64,000 bases of DNA, taken from Pavona decussata (taxonomy: Eukaryota). The stretch lies in NCBI GenBank assembly GCA_977016875.1, contig CDRNST010000093.1, positions 558,001 through 622,000 on the forward strand. Reading direction: 5' to 3'. Position 1 is the stretch's first letter. Each line of letters starts with the position of its first letter. The position numbers and the translations under genes were made by a program. The notes beneath the pieces are model-generated. The model was not told where the DNA came from. It searched no databases and saw only the letters and a list, made by a program, of their open reading frames with translations. Below, piece after piece: positions 23,101 to 36,535 of this stretch.

Positions 23101-25150
23101 GATTTTTGAGCTAATGGGCCACAGAAACATAACTAAAATCTGGTTCTTTCAAACATCAAGAAGTTCCTTTCAAAGATCGATCAAAAGGTTCAATTTTTTT
23201 GTGTAAAGTTATCATTTTCACCCATATGATTTCTCATTTTTTTCTCATTTTTTAGTACTTCAAAGTTCGAATTCCAAAACGGAACGTAATTTTTTAGAAA
23301 ACTACTTTTAACGCATTTCCTTGCTCGTTCCAATGAACGACTGTGTAAGAATTCACAAAAAAATGTTTTAGTTTAAAAAAAAATACAAATTTCACTACGG
23401 TACCAAAAAATAGCTGGTACGAACTCAATTTGTTAGCTTTGAAAAACATTTCTGAGGTAGGACTCCACTTTTCTTCAAATAACATTTTAACATTTGAAAT
23501 CTTACATGAATAGAAGCAGCAAATATTCAAATGGACGAAAACGAACCTTTAGAAATTGAGCAGAAAGTTTTTACTGCCCTTATGGGTGGCTGGCGCCGGT
23601 TTCCATTACTTTCAAGCATTTACACTTTAACGAAGTTTTGAAACAAAATCTGAAGATTTCGCAGACCTGAAAACTCCAAAGTCCAGTTTCAAATAATCTA
23701 TTGCAATTGGCCGGCCGTAAGATACATCTTTTAAAAACTTAAAATACACGATTCGTGGAAATAAATACAAATGGATGTATAATCTTGTATTCCACTGGTG
23801 TGAATGTCAAGTTTGTTCCAAATTTAATTTTGTCCCTAGCCTTCCTTTCAAATCGAAGTAGTTAAAAGAACAAAATAGTGAACGGCATAAAGCCCATTTT
23901 CAAGGAGTTGAATGACTACATGCTCCCTAACTGAGTTGCAATTCCCTGAATATTTTTCGAGAAAAAAAATAGCACTTTTGAATCAAAAGTCTTTCAGCCT
24001 TTAATCCTTTTTTCCCGCCTAATTCGAATGCCCAAGACGTTTTATAGCGTTTATGTAAACATTACTTCAACCAGACACTAGTTTACTGTTGTAATATGTC
24101 AAGAGAACATTAGGCATTTATTGTTACCGAATTTTATTTTGCTCAGAATGGAAATAAATGATTTTGTTAAATCGTTTCAATTAATTGCTCATTAGGTAAT
24201 TTTGTACAATGAGAAATATAGAAAGGAATGCTCGCATTTGTGCGCATTTGCTTTTCTATGAAAATTTGGCGAGACAATTTTGTCCTTTTCTTTGGAATAA
24301 GGATTCCCTTTTGAGCCTTACGTTCCCTTGACAACTACAAAAACTTGCTAAGTGCAACTGCCAGATGCCATGTCTAATGATCTTTTATGATTCATAGCTA
24401 ATTTTGAAAGCCACGGCTAGAAAACATCCAAAACCGGCAGAAGAAATATTTTCGACACTGATGCATTCGTTGTCTTCTTCCTATCAAATTTGAAACTAAA
24501 GGTCCCACAAAATCTCCGCGTCAAAACTCACAAGGACTTTGTACACCCTTGATTGCAAACAATCCAGGTAATCCAGTTTTAAAAAGTACAGCGAGGCAGT
24601 AACTGATATAACAAGCCAAATTGAGAACAGGCTTGAAAAACCTATTTTAACTGGGTAGCCCGCCCACACCTCCACCGCTAAAAAAACATTTATGACACAA
24701 AATATTCAATCAGCCAGGAGATGCCGTTGTTGTTATTTGAATGAGAGAAAAAAATGTTTGATTTTGATAGCACCAGAAAAATAGATGCATCACTTTGTCA
24801 GTGTGACGTTCAAGTTTTTCCACTTCTTGTCGTTTTTGTAGCTCTTAATCCTCTTTGATGAATTTTGAGTCGCATTCTTCCCATTTAGAACAACTATCCT
24901 TCATATAACCCTCCAGATTTTGACCCCGCTGATTTAAGGGGGGGGTTCCGCCTACCACTCAACCCTCACCCCATGATAAATATTTTTGATCATTAACAGT
25001 CAGCGTTTTTAACGCGATTTAGTAAATCTGTGCTTAATTCAGTTTTTAAAAGTTTTATACTGTACGTTCGATATGACGGTAACATTTTCGTTTTCGTAAC
25101 CATGGTATCTGGCAGTTTAACCTTGTAATAGTACTATCTGATAAACAACC
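20200..25150. mobile_element. Decayed large element, possibly a Maverick/Polinton or virus-like remnant
   Basis: Very AT-rich and lacking the MITEs seen elsewhere. Closely packed intronless ORF fragments lie on both strands, with clustered TTTTCCCGCCAAA motifs. No hallmark gene recognised; boundaries approximate. Confidence 0.3.
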
Positions 25151-27143
25151 AACTTTGAGCGATCGCTGTCTAACTAAACTGTCGTTGTCGACTTTAAAAT
25201 CAGCCAAGAAAAGATGAAAAGATTTATCGAAGTTTCAAGTTCTATCAAATATAGAAATTTACGAAGAATTGATAATTGAACTGATCAAACGAAAACATGT
25301 GAATTTAGAAGATCGCTCAAAGTTGACGTTAAGTGTTCAATAAAAAAATATCTCTTAACGGACGATTGCTGGTATATTTGGACAAAAGCAAGAAACACAA
25401 CCCGCATTTTAAATGGTTTAACAACAACTACAAGAAATAATCGGTTAACTTTACGAACTGAAGTATTTTGGCTCAACCACACGAGTATATGAAGTCAATT
25501 TGCTTTAGGGGCCTAGAACCTCCCCGTTCGCGGTCAATATAAAATCAAAATTTTAAGTGTCATTTCCCAAAAACTTCCTATAGCTTTGTCATATATGAAC
25601 ATCGTCCATCAGAGGTACTTTTTTAGCAAAATAAAAAAAAAATCAATTTTCTTAGCTTATCTTTAATCCCGTTTCCTACAGTCCATTGCTTGCTCTGTGA
25701 ATCTTTTTGTCTTCTTGTGCAGTGTTGTTCCTTCCTCTGATGACTTCACCTTTAAGAAAGAAATAACAATAAAAACTCATGAGCTATTTTTTTCAGAAAA
25801 GACAAAGTACACTCATTTATGCCTGGGTATAAAGGGATCCTTTCCTTCCTAACTGTAAAGATTACTTGGTTTACCTCTTGAGGTAAATTGAAATTGACAA
25901 CTTAACTTTCATTGAGGCCTTTAAATTATCTCAAAAAAGTATTTCTGGAGTATATTTTCAAGCTTTCAGAACGTCAGAGAAACTAAAATACGAAATATTT
26001 TCATTTCAACAAAGCCCGTGAAAGGACCAAAGGTGCCATGTCAAAGCACGTGCTCAGTGTTTCGAGCAAGTTGATCCAAAATCGCTTGAACATTGAACGG
26101 CGAGCAAAATCAATTCAACTTCCCCGCAGCCTTTTCCTTCAGTCTCCCCTTCTCTTTCTCAGGATAGAATTTCTGTGATAGCAACTGAAATTGAATGTTC
26201 GCGAATTCTGATATTATTGTACTTCGGAAAATACGTTGAACTGAATCTGTTCAAGCTGGTAGACCAAACTAATTCCAGGTCCTGTTCGCTCACTAAGAGT
26301 TCAAAAGTTTGTGGGCTAAAGTCCTATGAAAATATATACTCACCATATGTATTTCTTTGTTTGAAGCCGAGTCTTCTTCCTTCCATTTCGGCACATTTTC
26401 AAGAACCGAGTTCGTCCTCACACGTCTTCACTTGTCGGCAAATTCGTTGCTTTGGTGCGAAATGCAGAAAATGTAATGAATATGCATTAGATGCTGGAAC
26501 CAATCAACAACTGCTAAAAACAGCACCAGCACGAATTCTGACAAGAATGCACGCCTTAATTGATATGCTTATGAATTAATATGCTATCGCCTGAGTCGTA
26601 CTAAACGCCGGCCTATCAAAATGGTGACCATTTCTGAAGAGCCCCTCAAACCAGGATATATTCATTGTGGAAATATTGGCCCCGGGTGCAATTTAATTTC
26701 GTTTTTGGAAGTGAAATACTTCTGGAAAAAATTCTCAACAGTTGTCGCTTCTAACATTTACTTTGCGTTGTCAAAAAAATCAGTTTCTTTTGCACACGAA
26801 ATTGAATAAGACTTATAAAAACAAATTCCTAAACTTTTTCCAGTTCGTACATAAACAACGTTCGCTATAGAAACAACTTTTTCTGAAATATAATCAAACC
26901 TTGGAAGTCTTTCGATCTACGTGTCCTCAAAAAGAAAATTTCGCTTCCTTGACAAATGTAGTGTGCTGTCGCAAACATTTATAAATGTCTTGAGGGGGGT
27001 AGAAAAAAAAAAAACAAACAAACATCGTTGCGAAACACGAGGCTTTCGAAAAACATGATTGATAATTTTTTTGTTTGTCAAATATGATGCTTTCCCGTTT
27101 ACGCACACAGAGAACGTGGAGTAGAAACAATAAATATTTCTCG

Positions 27144-27177
<34 letters not shown>
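27144..27177. repeat. (CAT)n microsatellite
   Basis: Read directly from the sequence. Confidence 0.95.
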
Positions 27178-27469
27178 TTTTAACAAAAAGTTCTCTTTTA
27201 TACAGTACAGGTGAAGACTACTCGCATAAAGCGAAAGTTGATCGAAGCGGGTAGAAAAAAGAATAGGTTACACTCTTTCATACATTACAGATGAATTGAA
27301 AAATAAAAAGCAACTGATTTGATAGTAAATTAGACGGCAGCCATAAAACAACTAAATAATTAAATAATTAAAACTAACTAGCCAATAATAAATGCATAAA
27401 AATTTATAGAGTACAATCATTATAGGTTTTCAGTTTTGAGATTAATGAATAGGCGTCAGCTTAATCTTC

Positions 27470-27642
27470 CTCAATAGCCAAGCACTGTAAGGAGGAAATT
27501 ATAAATTCATCGTTTGAACGGTCTTTTTGATAGCGTGCGCCAGTCAGGACGTAAAGAGTTCCACAATTTTGTTCCAAAGCTGGTAAAAGACTTAAGATGT
27601 AAATTCAGACACGATTTGTTTACATGAAAATTCTCTGTGGCG
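27470..27642 (-). mobile_element. 3' end of a CR1/L2-type LINE ORF2, 5'-truncated
   Basis: Translates NFHVNKSCLNLHLKSFTSFGTKLWNSLRPDWRTLSKRPFKR, matching the SF..G.KLWNSL...FK C-terminal signature. Confidence 0.7.
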
Positions 27643-30208
27643 TGCGTTAGACGAGCGAGTGAAAAGATTACGGAATTAACCTGCGATCCGGCGTTCTTTA
27701 TTACGGGGAAGTGAAAGTGTGGCAGCGCGAGAGTCGGCGGTCGGGAGGACGACCGCCCACTCTCGCGCTGCTACATTTTCGCGCTCCTCCGAAGAAAAAG
27801 AACGCCTGGTTAGTACACAATTGGAAGAGACATCATACATTACATTTTGAAAATTAACGAAATCAGAATCCTTTTATCAGTTCTGTTCAGTTCGATTTAT
27901 TGTTTTTGCCATAAGTTGTACAAATGCAAAAAAAAAAAAATTATTATTCAAACACTAATGGCGAGGAAACCGAACTTGAAGGGAAGCCACCGGACTTATA
28001 AGGAATGGACTCCCTCAGTTAAGTAATTAGAACCAAGTATTTTTATAGTTATATGGGACCAAAATCAATGGTAGAGCTACAGTAAATCTTATCCTTAGAG
28101 GTAATTCTGTTTTCACAACAAAATATCCCTAGCATGCCTCAAAAATGTTAAGCAAACCAGGACAATGTGAAAGCCATTCCTTTTCCCCGCCATTAAATCG
28201 CCGGTGAAAGAACCATTTTTCGCTACAAAAAGGCCACAATCTGGACCGATTGGACGAAGGCGAACGGAGAACAGCCAGTGGATGACTTTTGGGGTGTGAT
28301 TGTTTTTATCTAAAGGTCCCCAAGGGGGGACAAGTTTCCGGGTGTACATCCCTGTAACAGATCCCTTCAGGTGTGCAAACCGCTTTTAAGCCCTGGGCTT
28401 ATACAACTTCGTAAGGGGTTTTAGATGGGCTTATAAACGGAGGGGCTGAGATCCGGGGGCAGTGTCAAAACGAGCTATAGCAGTGTTGAACGAAATACGA
28501 TTTTCATTTACAAGTTTTGATTGAGCTTTAAAACGTCAATATTTGGAACAAAATTTAAACTAACAACACGAACGAAACTAGAGGGGGGCTTATAACCGGT
28601 ATTTTTTTGTTTACAGGTAGATGGGCCTATAGCGTGGGGGGGGGGGGGGGCTGGGGGGCTTAAAAGCGAAGGGGGGGGGGGACTAAAAAGAGGCAGTTTA
28701 CGGTATGGTTTTGCCAGCTCTGTGAAAAATTTGGTCAAGTGACCCTTGACCATTCATGGTGCACACGCCAAATTGAAGAGTTGGAAGTGAAGACTACCTA
28801 GTCTCTCCTTTATCGGTGAACCACTAGATAATGAAACCAAACATGGTAGGCAGCCGTGTACCCCTAACTGCTTATACTGTTACCTTTGAACCTAATGGTT
28901 GCTGTTTATTTATAAACCAAGAAGTGAATCGTAATCAGCTTATTTACTTAAGGAAGTTACATTATCAAGAGGTAAACGCCAATCAAGAACCTTTGCCCTT
29001 TACGTTTCCCTAGGAAAACAAGCCGAGGTTTCAGAGTTCAACATTGTACGAGCATAACATCATTTATATTAGCAATTTTTGCCAAGTGTTAGGTGCATTG
29101 TTTTTCTTTGCCTAGTGTGGGCATCCATCTCCTTACTAGGGCTAATTCACACTGCGAAATTCAAGTGTTCACTTAGCACTACAACTTAAACTGCGGAGTT
29201 AATTCTCTGATGCATTAGTTGAGAGACAAAACTTCGTATATGTTTCATAAAGGAGCATGACACTAGTAAAGTGCGATGAAGCACTGTGGTACAGTGATAT
29301 CCAAAAATACCAGTAAATCGAGAAAGAGGAGTACCTCTAAAGGTATTCCTTTTGTCCAAAAGATTTTCGGGGGAATGGAACGTTTCATTTTATATCCCAC
29401 CAGAATAACCGGTTTTTCATGGAAATGGAAAGGGCTGAGGGTCTCTGTGCATACCTGAAAAAAAAAATATTCTACTAAAACGTGAGCATTGTGAAGGATC
29501 TAAACTATAAGGGCCTATTTTCATGAGTGACCTCATCATCCCGCGATGAATTTTCGAGATTTTTATCTCAGTGTCGTTGGACATTTGCACCTTCGCGTTT
29601 ATATGATTCCGGAGTGAAGTGTGTTCGTCCCGGGATGATTTTATCCCGATCCTCATGATCAGAAACGGGATTATCCCGCGGGAGGGAAATGCCCCAGGTT
29701 ATCTAAATTGCAACGATGATATGCATTTGTAAACAACATTTTAGACCAAGGATTCCCCCTGTTTTAACTGATTGTGTTACTCTCATCTTTGTGGGACAGT
29801 ATTTAGCCGCGCCTTTTGAAGAATTTCATCCCGTAACGTCGGAACGGGAATCGGATGACTTTGTCCTGGAATCCCAGATGAAAAGCCATTCATGTAGACA
29901 AAAAAGAATTTTCCTCCCAGAAAGAGACTCATCCCGAAACCCGACCGATCGTTCTGTTTTCATTTAAACGCGGCCTAAATATGAGGTAAAAATAAAGGTA
30001 ACGTTATCATATATCACCTCAACCACGCGATCGTCACAAAGTCCACTTCGCCTCTACCTTACCCGCTTCTTTGGAGGCCCCATTAACTGTTCGTTTGGAT
30101 GAATATATGTCCAGTTAATCGCCTCAGAAATCCGGATTTAGTCGTAAAGAAATCTGCAGTTTTCTGCAGCAAAATTTCAGTTCAAAATTTTCGTAGCCCC
30201 AGAAAACT

Positions 30209-30299
30209 TAGGCTCGATTACCAGTCGCGGTTCGGGAAAACGAGCCCGCTCTCATCCCCCCGAAGGACCGGACCCGGAAGACGGCGGAAATCGAGCCTA
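30209..30299. mobile_element. 91-bp TIR element with a perfect 9-bp TSD (Academ-like)
   Basis: TAGGCTCGATT...AATCGAGCCTA, flanked by CAGAAAACT at 30200-30208 and 30300-30308. Confidence 0.85.
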
Positions 30300-30810
30300 C
30301 AGAAAACTAATACCTTTCGGTAACTATGTCTTTAAAAATGCGACAAAAGGTCAACTGGCATTTTCGTAACACCAACAACAGCTAGAATTCGGGGAATAAT
30401 ATTGAGTTTCCTCAAACTTTCTGCAGCTTAAATTTTCAGCTAAATTAAAGCATTCGAAAAGATCAATCTGTATTAGCCTACACAAATACGTCTTTAAAAG
30501 GACACACAACGATCTGAGATTTAATACAGGATACAACAATTGAAGTATTTCAGTGTCTGGACGTTGCTCTCTCTTGATTCACGCCATATATGGAGCATCC
30601 TTGAGCTACAATTCTTGGCACAACAAACTTTGTTATAACTTAAATTACCCATGATCTTTGATCGTTGGAACAAACACAAATATTCACAATGTTCGTCACG
30701 GAGCGACGTTGCGACAATAATATATGCTAAAATTAGAAATAACCCTCCCAGAGTGTTATGTTCTATACAAAAATCACGAGATATACGTTCGATTCATGCA
30801 TTGATCACTG

Positions 30811-30818
30811 TATATAAA
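30811..30818 (+). promoter_or_regulatory. Candidate TATA box of the CD36-family gene
   Basis: TATATAAA about 105 nt upstream of the ATG at 30920. Confidence 0.45.
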
Positions 30819-30919
30819 TCAGTACGCGGTAGAGTTTGCTCGCCTATTATACTCACGGTTGAGAACATCTCTAAAACTCTGCGAGCTCACACCTAGCTTA
30901 TACTTGTTGCACCGTTGTG

Positions 30920-31066
30920 ATGCCGTCCAAGGGAATTTGCAAGTGTTGTAGCACGAAAACAGTAATAATTTGTTTTGCGGTCGCTGGAGTCGTTCTTCTG
31001 GCCCTTGGTTTGGTTTTTAGTGTCGGCGGATTATTTTCCAAACTCATCAGGGAAAAAGTTGACCAG
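30920..31066 (+). CDS. CD36/SCARB2-like exon 1 (N-terminal TM)
   Basis: MPSKGICKCCSTKTVIICFAVAGVVLLALGLVFSVGGLFSKLIREKVDQ|gtatgt. Confidence 0.92.
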
Positions 31067-34000
31067 GTATGTACCTAAAAGATTCATGTGGAGATTTTGT
31101 AACAATTTTGTGATAACTGTGGTAAACAAGATCAAAACAGGCGAGAATTTTCTGATATGGAAACAGAGGTGTGAAAATACACGGTGAACCGTCCTTCAAA
31201 AATGACCCCGACAGCAAGGCCATTTCAATAAAATGCTATTCATTTCGAATTGCACGATTAAACAAGTTTTTGTGAAACAAAGTCAAAAATGAGGATGATG
31301 TATTAATCAGTAAATGACACAGGCATACTTGGAAAAAAACCGAGTGCCCCTATCAGGTGTCGAACCTAAGACCTTCCGATTACTAGTTCGGAAAAAAATC
31401 ACAAATTTTGATTCGTTGCCTAGTCATTTTTCTAGTTTGTTTTTGTTTTTTTTTTTTAGATTTGAGTATTCTTTATTCATAATTCTAAAATCTAAGTCAG
31501 CATCAAAACGTCTTTGAAATATTTTTGTGTTTTTGTTTCAAAAGTTCATTACTTCATGAGCAGGAAGATATAGTAATTTTGGAAGTGGCTCGCGGCATTT
31601 AACAATTTCCTGAAACACTCGTGAAAAATTTTATTTTTCTTCTTCTAATAAGCTACATCAAAACGACAAATTCAAGAAATAAGGTTTGTTTGTGAAATGA
31701 CTCTTGTGTTGTGTCTATACATGTAGCGTACATGACATGTGCAAAAAGGAAGTATGTTTTGGCACATGTGTCACGCGTTTCATAGCACGTGCGTCACGCG
31801 TCGTATTGGTAGTTTTCTGGTATCTTACATCAAAATTTAGCTTCACAGTGAGGTCAGCGAGACCTAGAGCCTACAACGGAAACTCAGTTTATTCGTCTCT
31901 TTACTCTGTGCCATCTCAGTAGGTTCGCTCTCAAAACTGGCAGGCCCGAAAAGAATTTTCAGANNNNNNNNNNNNNNNNNNNNNNNNNNNNNNNNNNNNN
32001 NNNNNNNNNNNNNNNNNNNNNNNNNNNNNNNNNNNNNNNNNNNNNNNNNNNNNNNNNNNNNNNNNNNNNNNNNNNNNNNNNNNNNNNNNNNNNNNNNNNN
32101 NNNNNNNNNNNNNNNNNNNNNNNNNNNNNNNNNNNNNNNNAAAGACCGGTCAGTCAAACAAAAAAGGTTGATAGACTGGTATTAATCGGTGAGCAGCACA
32201 TAAGAAATATAAAAAAAATATTTTCTTGAAAAACAGCGGTAAAAAATAGTTAGAGAAATATAACAAAATGAACTAAGCATCGCTTTTACAAATATGATTG
32301 GGCCTATTCATGTTCATCAAGTAAGTAAATGTTCTGACTTTAAACTGTGCAAGTGTTCTTAGCTCACGTAACTCTCTTGGTAGTTTGTTTCAGGCACTCG
32401 CAGCCGACCACATTTGATTCGTGGTAAATTTCCGTGCCAGCAAGCAAAACTTGTTTCTTAGGCTATGTCTACACTATGCTGGATAGCATTTTATGCCGTT
32501 GTGAAAAATACTCCGGCCTGGTGTGAACAGAACTGGCCCAAAACTGCCGCCAACTTTCCACTAGAATCCAATCCTCGCTCCTCGTCGGTTCGATTCTCTG
32601 TTCACACTACTGAAGAACGAAACTACTGTGTCCAAAGCTGCACAGCATTTATTTATTTATCTATTTGTGTATTTAATTATATATTTATTTGTTTATTTAG
32701 TTATCAATGATCATCATCATCATTATGACTATTATCATATTAGCTGGAAACATCAAGACGTTTCCGCCCAACGTCGAATACGAACTGGCTCGTTCTCACG
32801 CGCCTCTCTTCAGTCGAACGTGGTGCGTAGTGTGTAGACTGTTGTAGAAAGGAAGGTATCGCGTTTAGCGCCCATCCTAGCAAGCGCTGCGCCCCTGTTT
32901 GTTCCGTGAAATGCGTTGTCTCTTGGGAACGAGGTAGAACCACGAGGCACGAGCACATGACACCAAGTTCATATTCAGGGTCCGGTTGTTCGAAAGCCGA
33001 TTAATGCTAATCCACGATTAAAAGTTAACCGAAGTTTTCAGCTCGCTCGCTGAGAAGGTTCTTAAAAGCTAATTGTTAGCTAATGATAAAAAAAAGTTTT
33101 CGTCAAAACTGAGGCACAAAAATCTTTTGGCAAAACTTTATTCATTAGTAATTAAACTCGAATCAAAGTTCACGTTAACCCAGAATTAGCTTAATCAGGC
33201 TTTGAACAACTGGGCCGAGGTATTCAAAGCGTTTATAAAGACTTGTACGGCCTGTCGGCGATTGCTCTTCAAAGAGTTTTTCTTTGGATAAACAGTGAAC
33301 GAAACTTTGGGAGCACTTCCTTCGTTCGCCGCGTTACCAGTTTAAACCAGAAAAGGGAACATGCCTCCCGGGAAGGAATGTTCTTCCACGCATACGCAAA
33401 AATGCTAATGGATGATTTGTCATAACACCGGCCATTCATAATAATTAAACACACAAGACTTCACAGAAACCGAGAAGGAAACTCCCCCTTGTTACCGTTT
33501 GCACTAACGAAGGCTGGATATGGCCGAAGCTGGTTGTACAGGCCTCAGATCTGGGCTAGGTTTGGTACGCTGTCACCCCTTCCCCCCGCCCACTTGCGTT
33601 GGTAAAATCTAAAACGACTTCCGTTAGAGGTGTGCCGGTACCTTTTAGGGCATTTAGCGGAAAAATATGAAAGGAAGTACAAATCTTTACGAGTGGAAGG
33701 TATTCAAAGGAATAATTCTTATTTCTATTAAGAATTGTCAGTTAGTGTATTCATCTAAAGTTGGTGCGTCTTAGGGGTAAAACATTTTTCGAACCACGCT
33801 CACAAAACAGAATTCTGATACCTCAGTAGGGCCAGTCTTTTCAAAATTTCAGACGATCTCCCCCGTCACTTTTATCGGAGAGCCCTTCCCCTGGGCTAAA
33901 CTTGTGTGATTAATTTCCCGCTTGTTTTGTGGCTCAAGCATTAAATGTTTTATATCACTCATTTTGAAATCACTGGTAATCCTTGCAATCTCATTGGCTG

Positions 34001-35428
34001 TCAACAGTGCGATTTATTCACGCGAATTATACAATTTTTGTGCTCTAAATCGCATCCTTTTAGCCCATGAAAATGAAATGAAATGATAATAAACAATTAA
34101 ATTTTATGGCTTCAGTGGATAAATAAATATTAATATTGATAAAAAAATTGTATGATTTCAAAATGGGTGTAATCATACTTTTGATTTCAAATCGAACTCA
34201 CGCTGCGCGCTCAATCACGCGTATTTTTCAGACCAAAATTGCACGTCACTCAGTTCAATTACCATTATTAATCCGTGAGCTCTTAACTTAGACTTAAAAC
34301 ATTACACTCATCCCGAAGGATTCGTTTTTCACTCCCTAATTCACTTAAACAGTTATGTACAAAAGAAGTTCCCTATGTAATCTTCTTCAAACTCCCAGAT
34401 GAAGTCTGTAGTTATAAGATAAAACTAGTCAGAATCGAGAATAAACCTTGAGTCAACAAGATTTCTCAGCTGACAGTGCTGAGGTTACTAGGTTGCTGTT
34501 GAGAGTGATGTATTATTCAGTGACTGACACAGGCATGCTCGGAAAAAGGAAATCCGAGTGCCCCTATCAGGAGTATATATATATATCTTATAGTTTCCTG
34601 TTTTAGACAAAATTGTACCATGTTTATTCTTGTTTGTTTGTTTGTTTGCTTGTTTTGCTGTAGGAGGTGCAATTAAAACCTGGCAGTTTAGTGTATAAAG
34701 AATGGGCAAATGCATCCACTCCTATTTACATGCAGTACTTTATGTTCAACTTGACAAACCCAGATGAAGTAATGGATGGAGCAATTCCAAATGTGACACA
34801 AATGGGGCCTTTTTCTTACAGGTATGTGGCGCAGGCTTGACTCTATTTGTAAAGGTATGAGGAAAGGCAAGGGAAGGGAAGGAGCTGAAAGACAATTGGG
34901 CTGTAGAAGTCTACCGTTTTTGAGGCTTTCTGTATTAAGAATTTAAAGGCCTAGCATTAATGAAGGAATTAAAGCCTCTAGAGAATTCAACATCTTCCTT
35001 TAATTACTTCACTTCATTTCATTACTTCATACGTTCAATTAGCCTTGATATACAGCTATTTCGATTAACGTTGTCGGATCAAAATAAAGCTAAAAGACAA
35101 GACCGCAATGTTTTGTGGGATTATTTTTTATGAATAATTTCATCAAAATCATCCCTGCACGTGCAGGTCATTGTACTTCTAATTAAAACCTATTGTTTTC
35201 TCCAGGCATGACTGATTTTGATGAATTTATTCATAAAAATCCGACGTAAACTTTCGGTCTTGTCTTTTAGCTTCATGCTTTGAACCGACAACGTTAGTCT
35301 GTCCATTTGTTCAACTCAATTACATGACTGACTCTGTGACTCTCTCTTATTGTAATAAACCAAAATTTGATTTAAAAACAATAATAACCATCCTCGGTCC
35401 TCGTTTTGTAACGTTTTTATATACTTAC

Positions 35429-35482
<54 letters not shown>

Positions 35483-36445
35483 GGAATCAACAAGCTAAGA
35501 CCATAAATAAACAGGAGACAATGAATCTTTTTACAACGGCTTATGGCGTTCAGTTCTGAAACCCAAGACTATAATCTAAGCGGATCATTTCGGAGTTGCT
35601 TTAAACCTCATTATGAAAACGAGCCTAATTTTCATATAAAAAGCTTTGCACATAGCCTCGCTTTCGTAATGAGGTTGACAGCAACTCGGAAATGGCTTAT
35701 TGTGACTCCTTAGCGCAATATGACGATGGCGAAGGTCATCCAAATTCTTTCCGATAATGTCATATGTTTATGAAATGTTTTCGACTGAAAAGTCTTTGTA
35801 GTAGCCAAGCTGATACGCTCTTCTATGGCATTGTAGCTCGTTATCACTTGCAGTCGATCATCAACTTCATGACAATGCATTTTGCGGCAGCTTTTCCATA
35901 AACTACAAAATGCAAACCATGTTTTTCAGCGTAGTCCTACTGCTGGCGTCCTTCAATGCCGGCCCCCCATAAGATACAATTCAGTTTCTAATTTTCCTGA
36001 ATTTCCTCAATGTGCTGAAAAAAATAAATAATTATTATGAAACAACATAACATTTTACCGGCAGTTGCAAAGACGGAGCGATGAAAGTCGGATAAAATGG
36101 CATTTTAATTATAAGAAAAAAGACGTAACACAAACTGTAAATGATCTCAGTGAGATTCATAGTTTCGTGGGTAGAACTGGCTTTGCAAATGCCTATATAA
36201 CTTCACACGACTGACTCCAAAAACGTAACTCTAAAGGTTGGCTATTTTGTGAGTGCATTTTTCTCCTTTCAACACTCATTTGCAGAGAGCTTAGATCAAA
36301 CGAGGTGCTGAACTGGACCAGTGATAAAAGCATTGTAACATTCATGCCGAACAGAACGTACATCTTTGATCCAGAAACATCTTGCGCTGGCTGTGATGAC
36401 AGAAATGACTCCTTTGTGACCGTCAACATTCCCTTACTGGTAAGG

Positions 36446-36535
<90 letters not shown>

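Noticed and set aside
31864-32157. 97-aa ORF
   Set aside because: Spans the N gap; an artefact.
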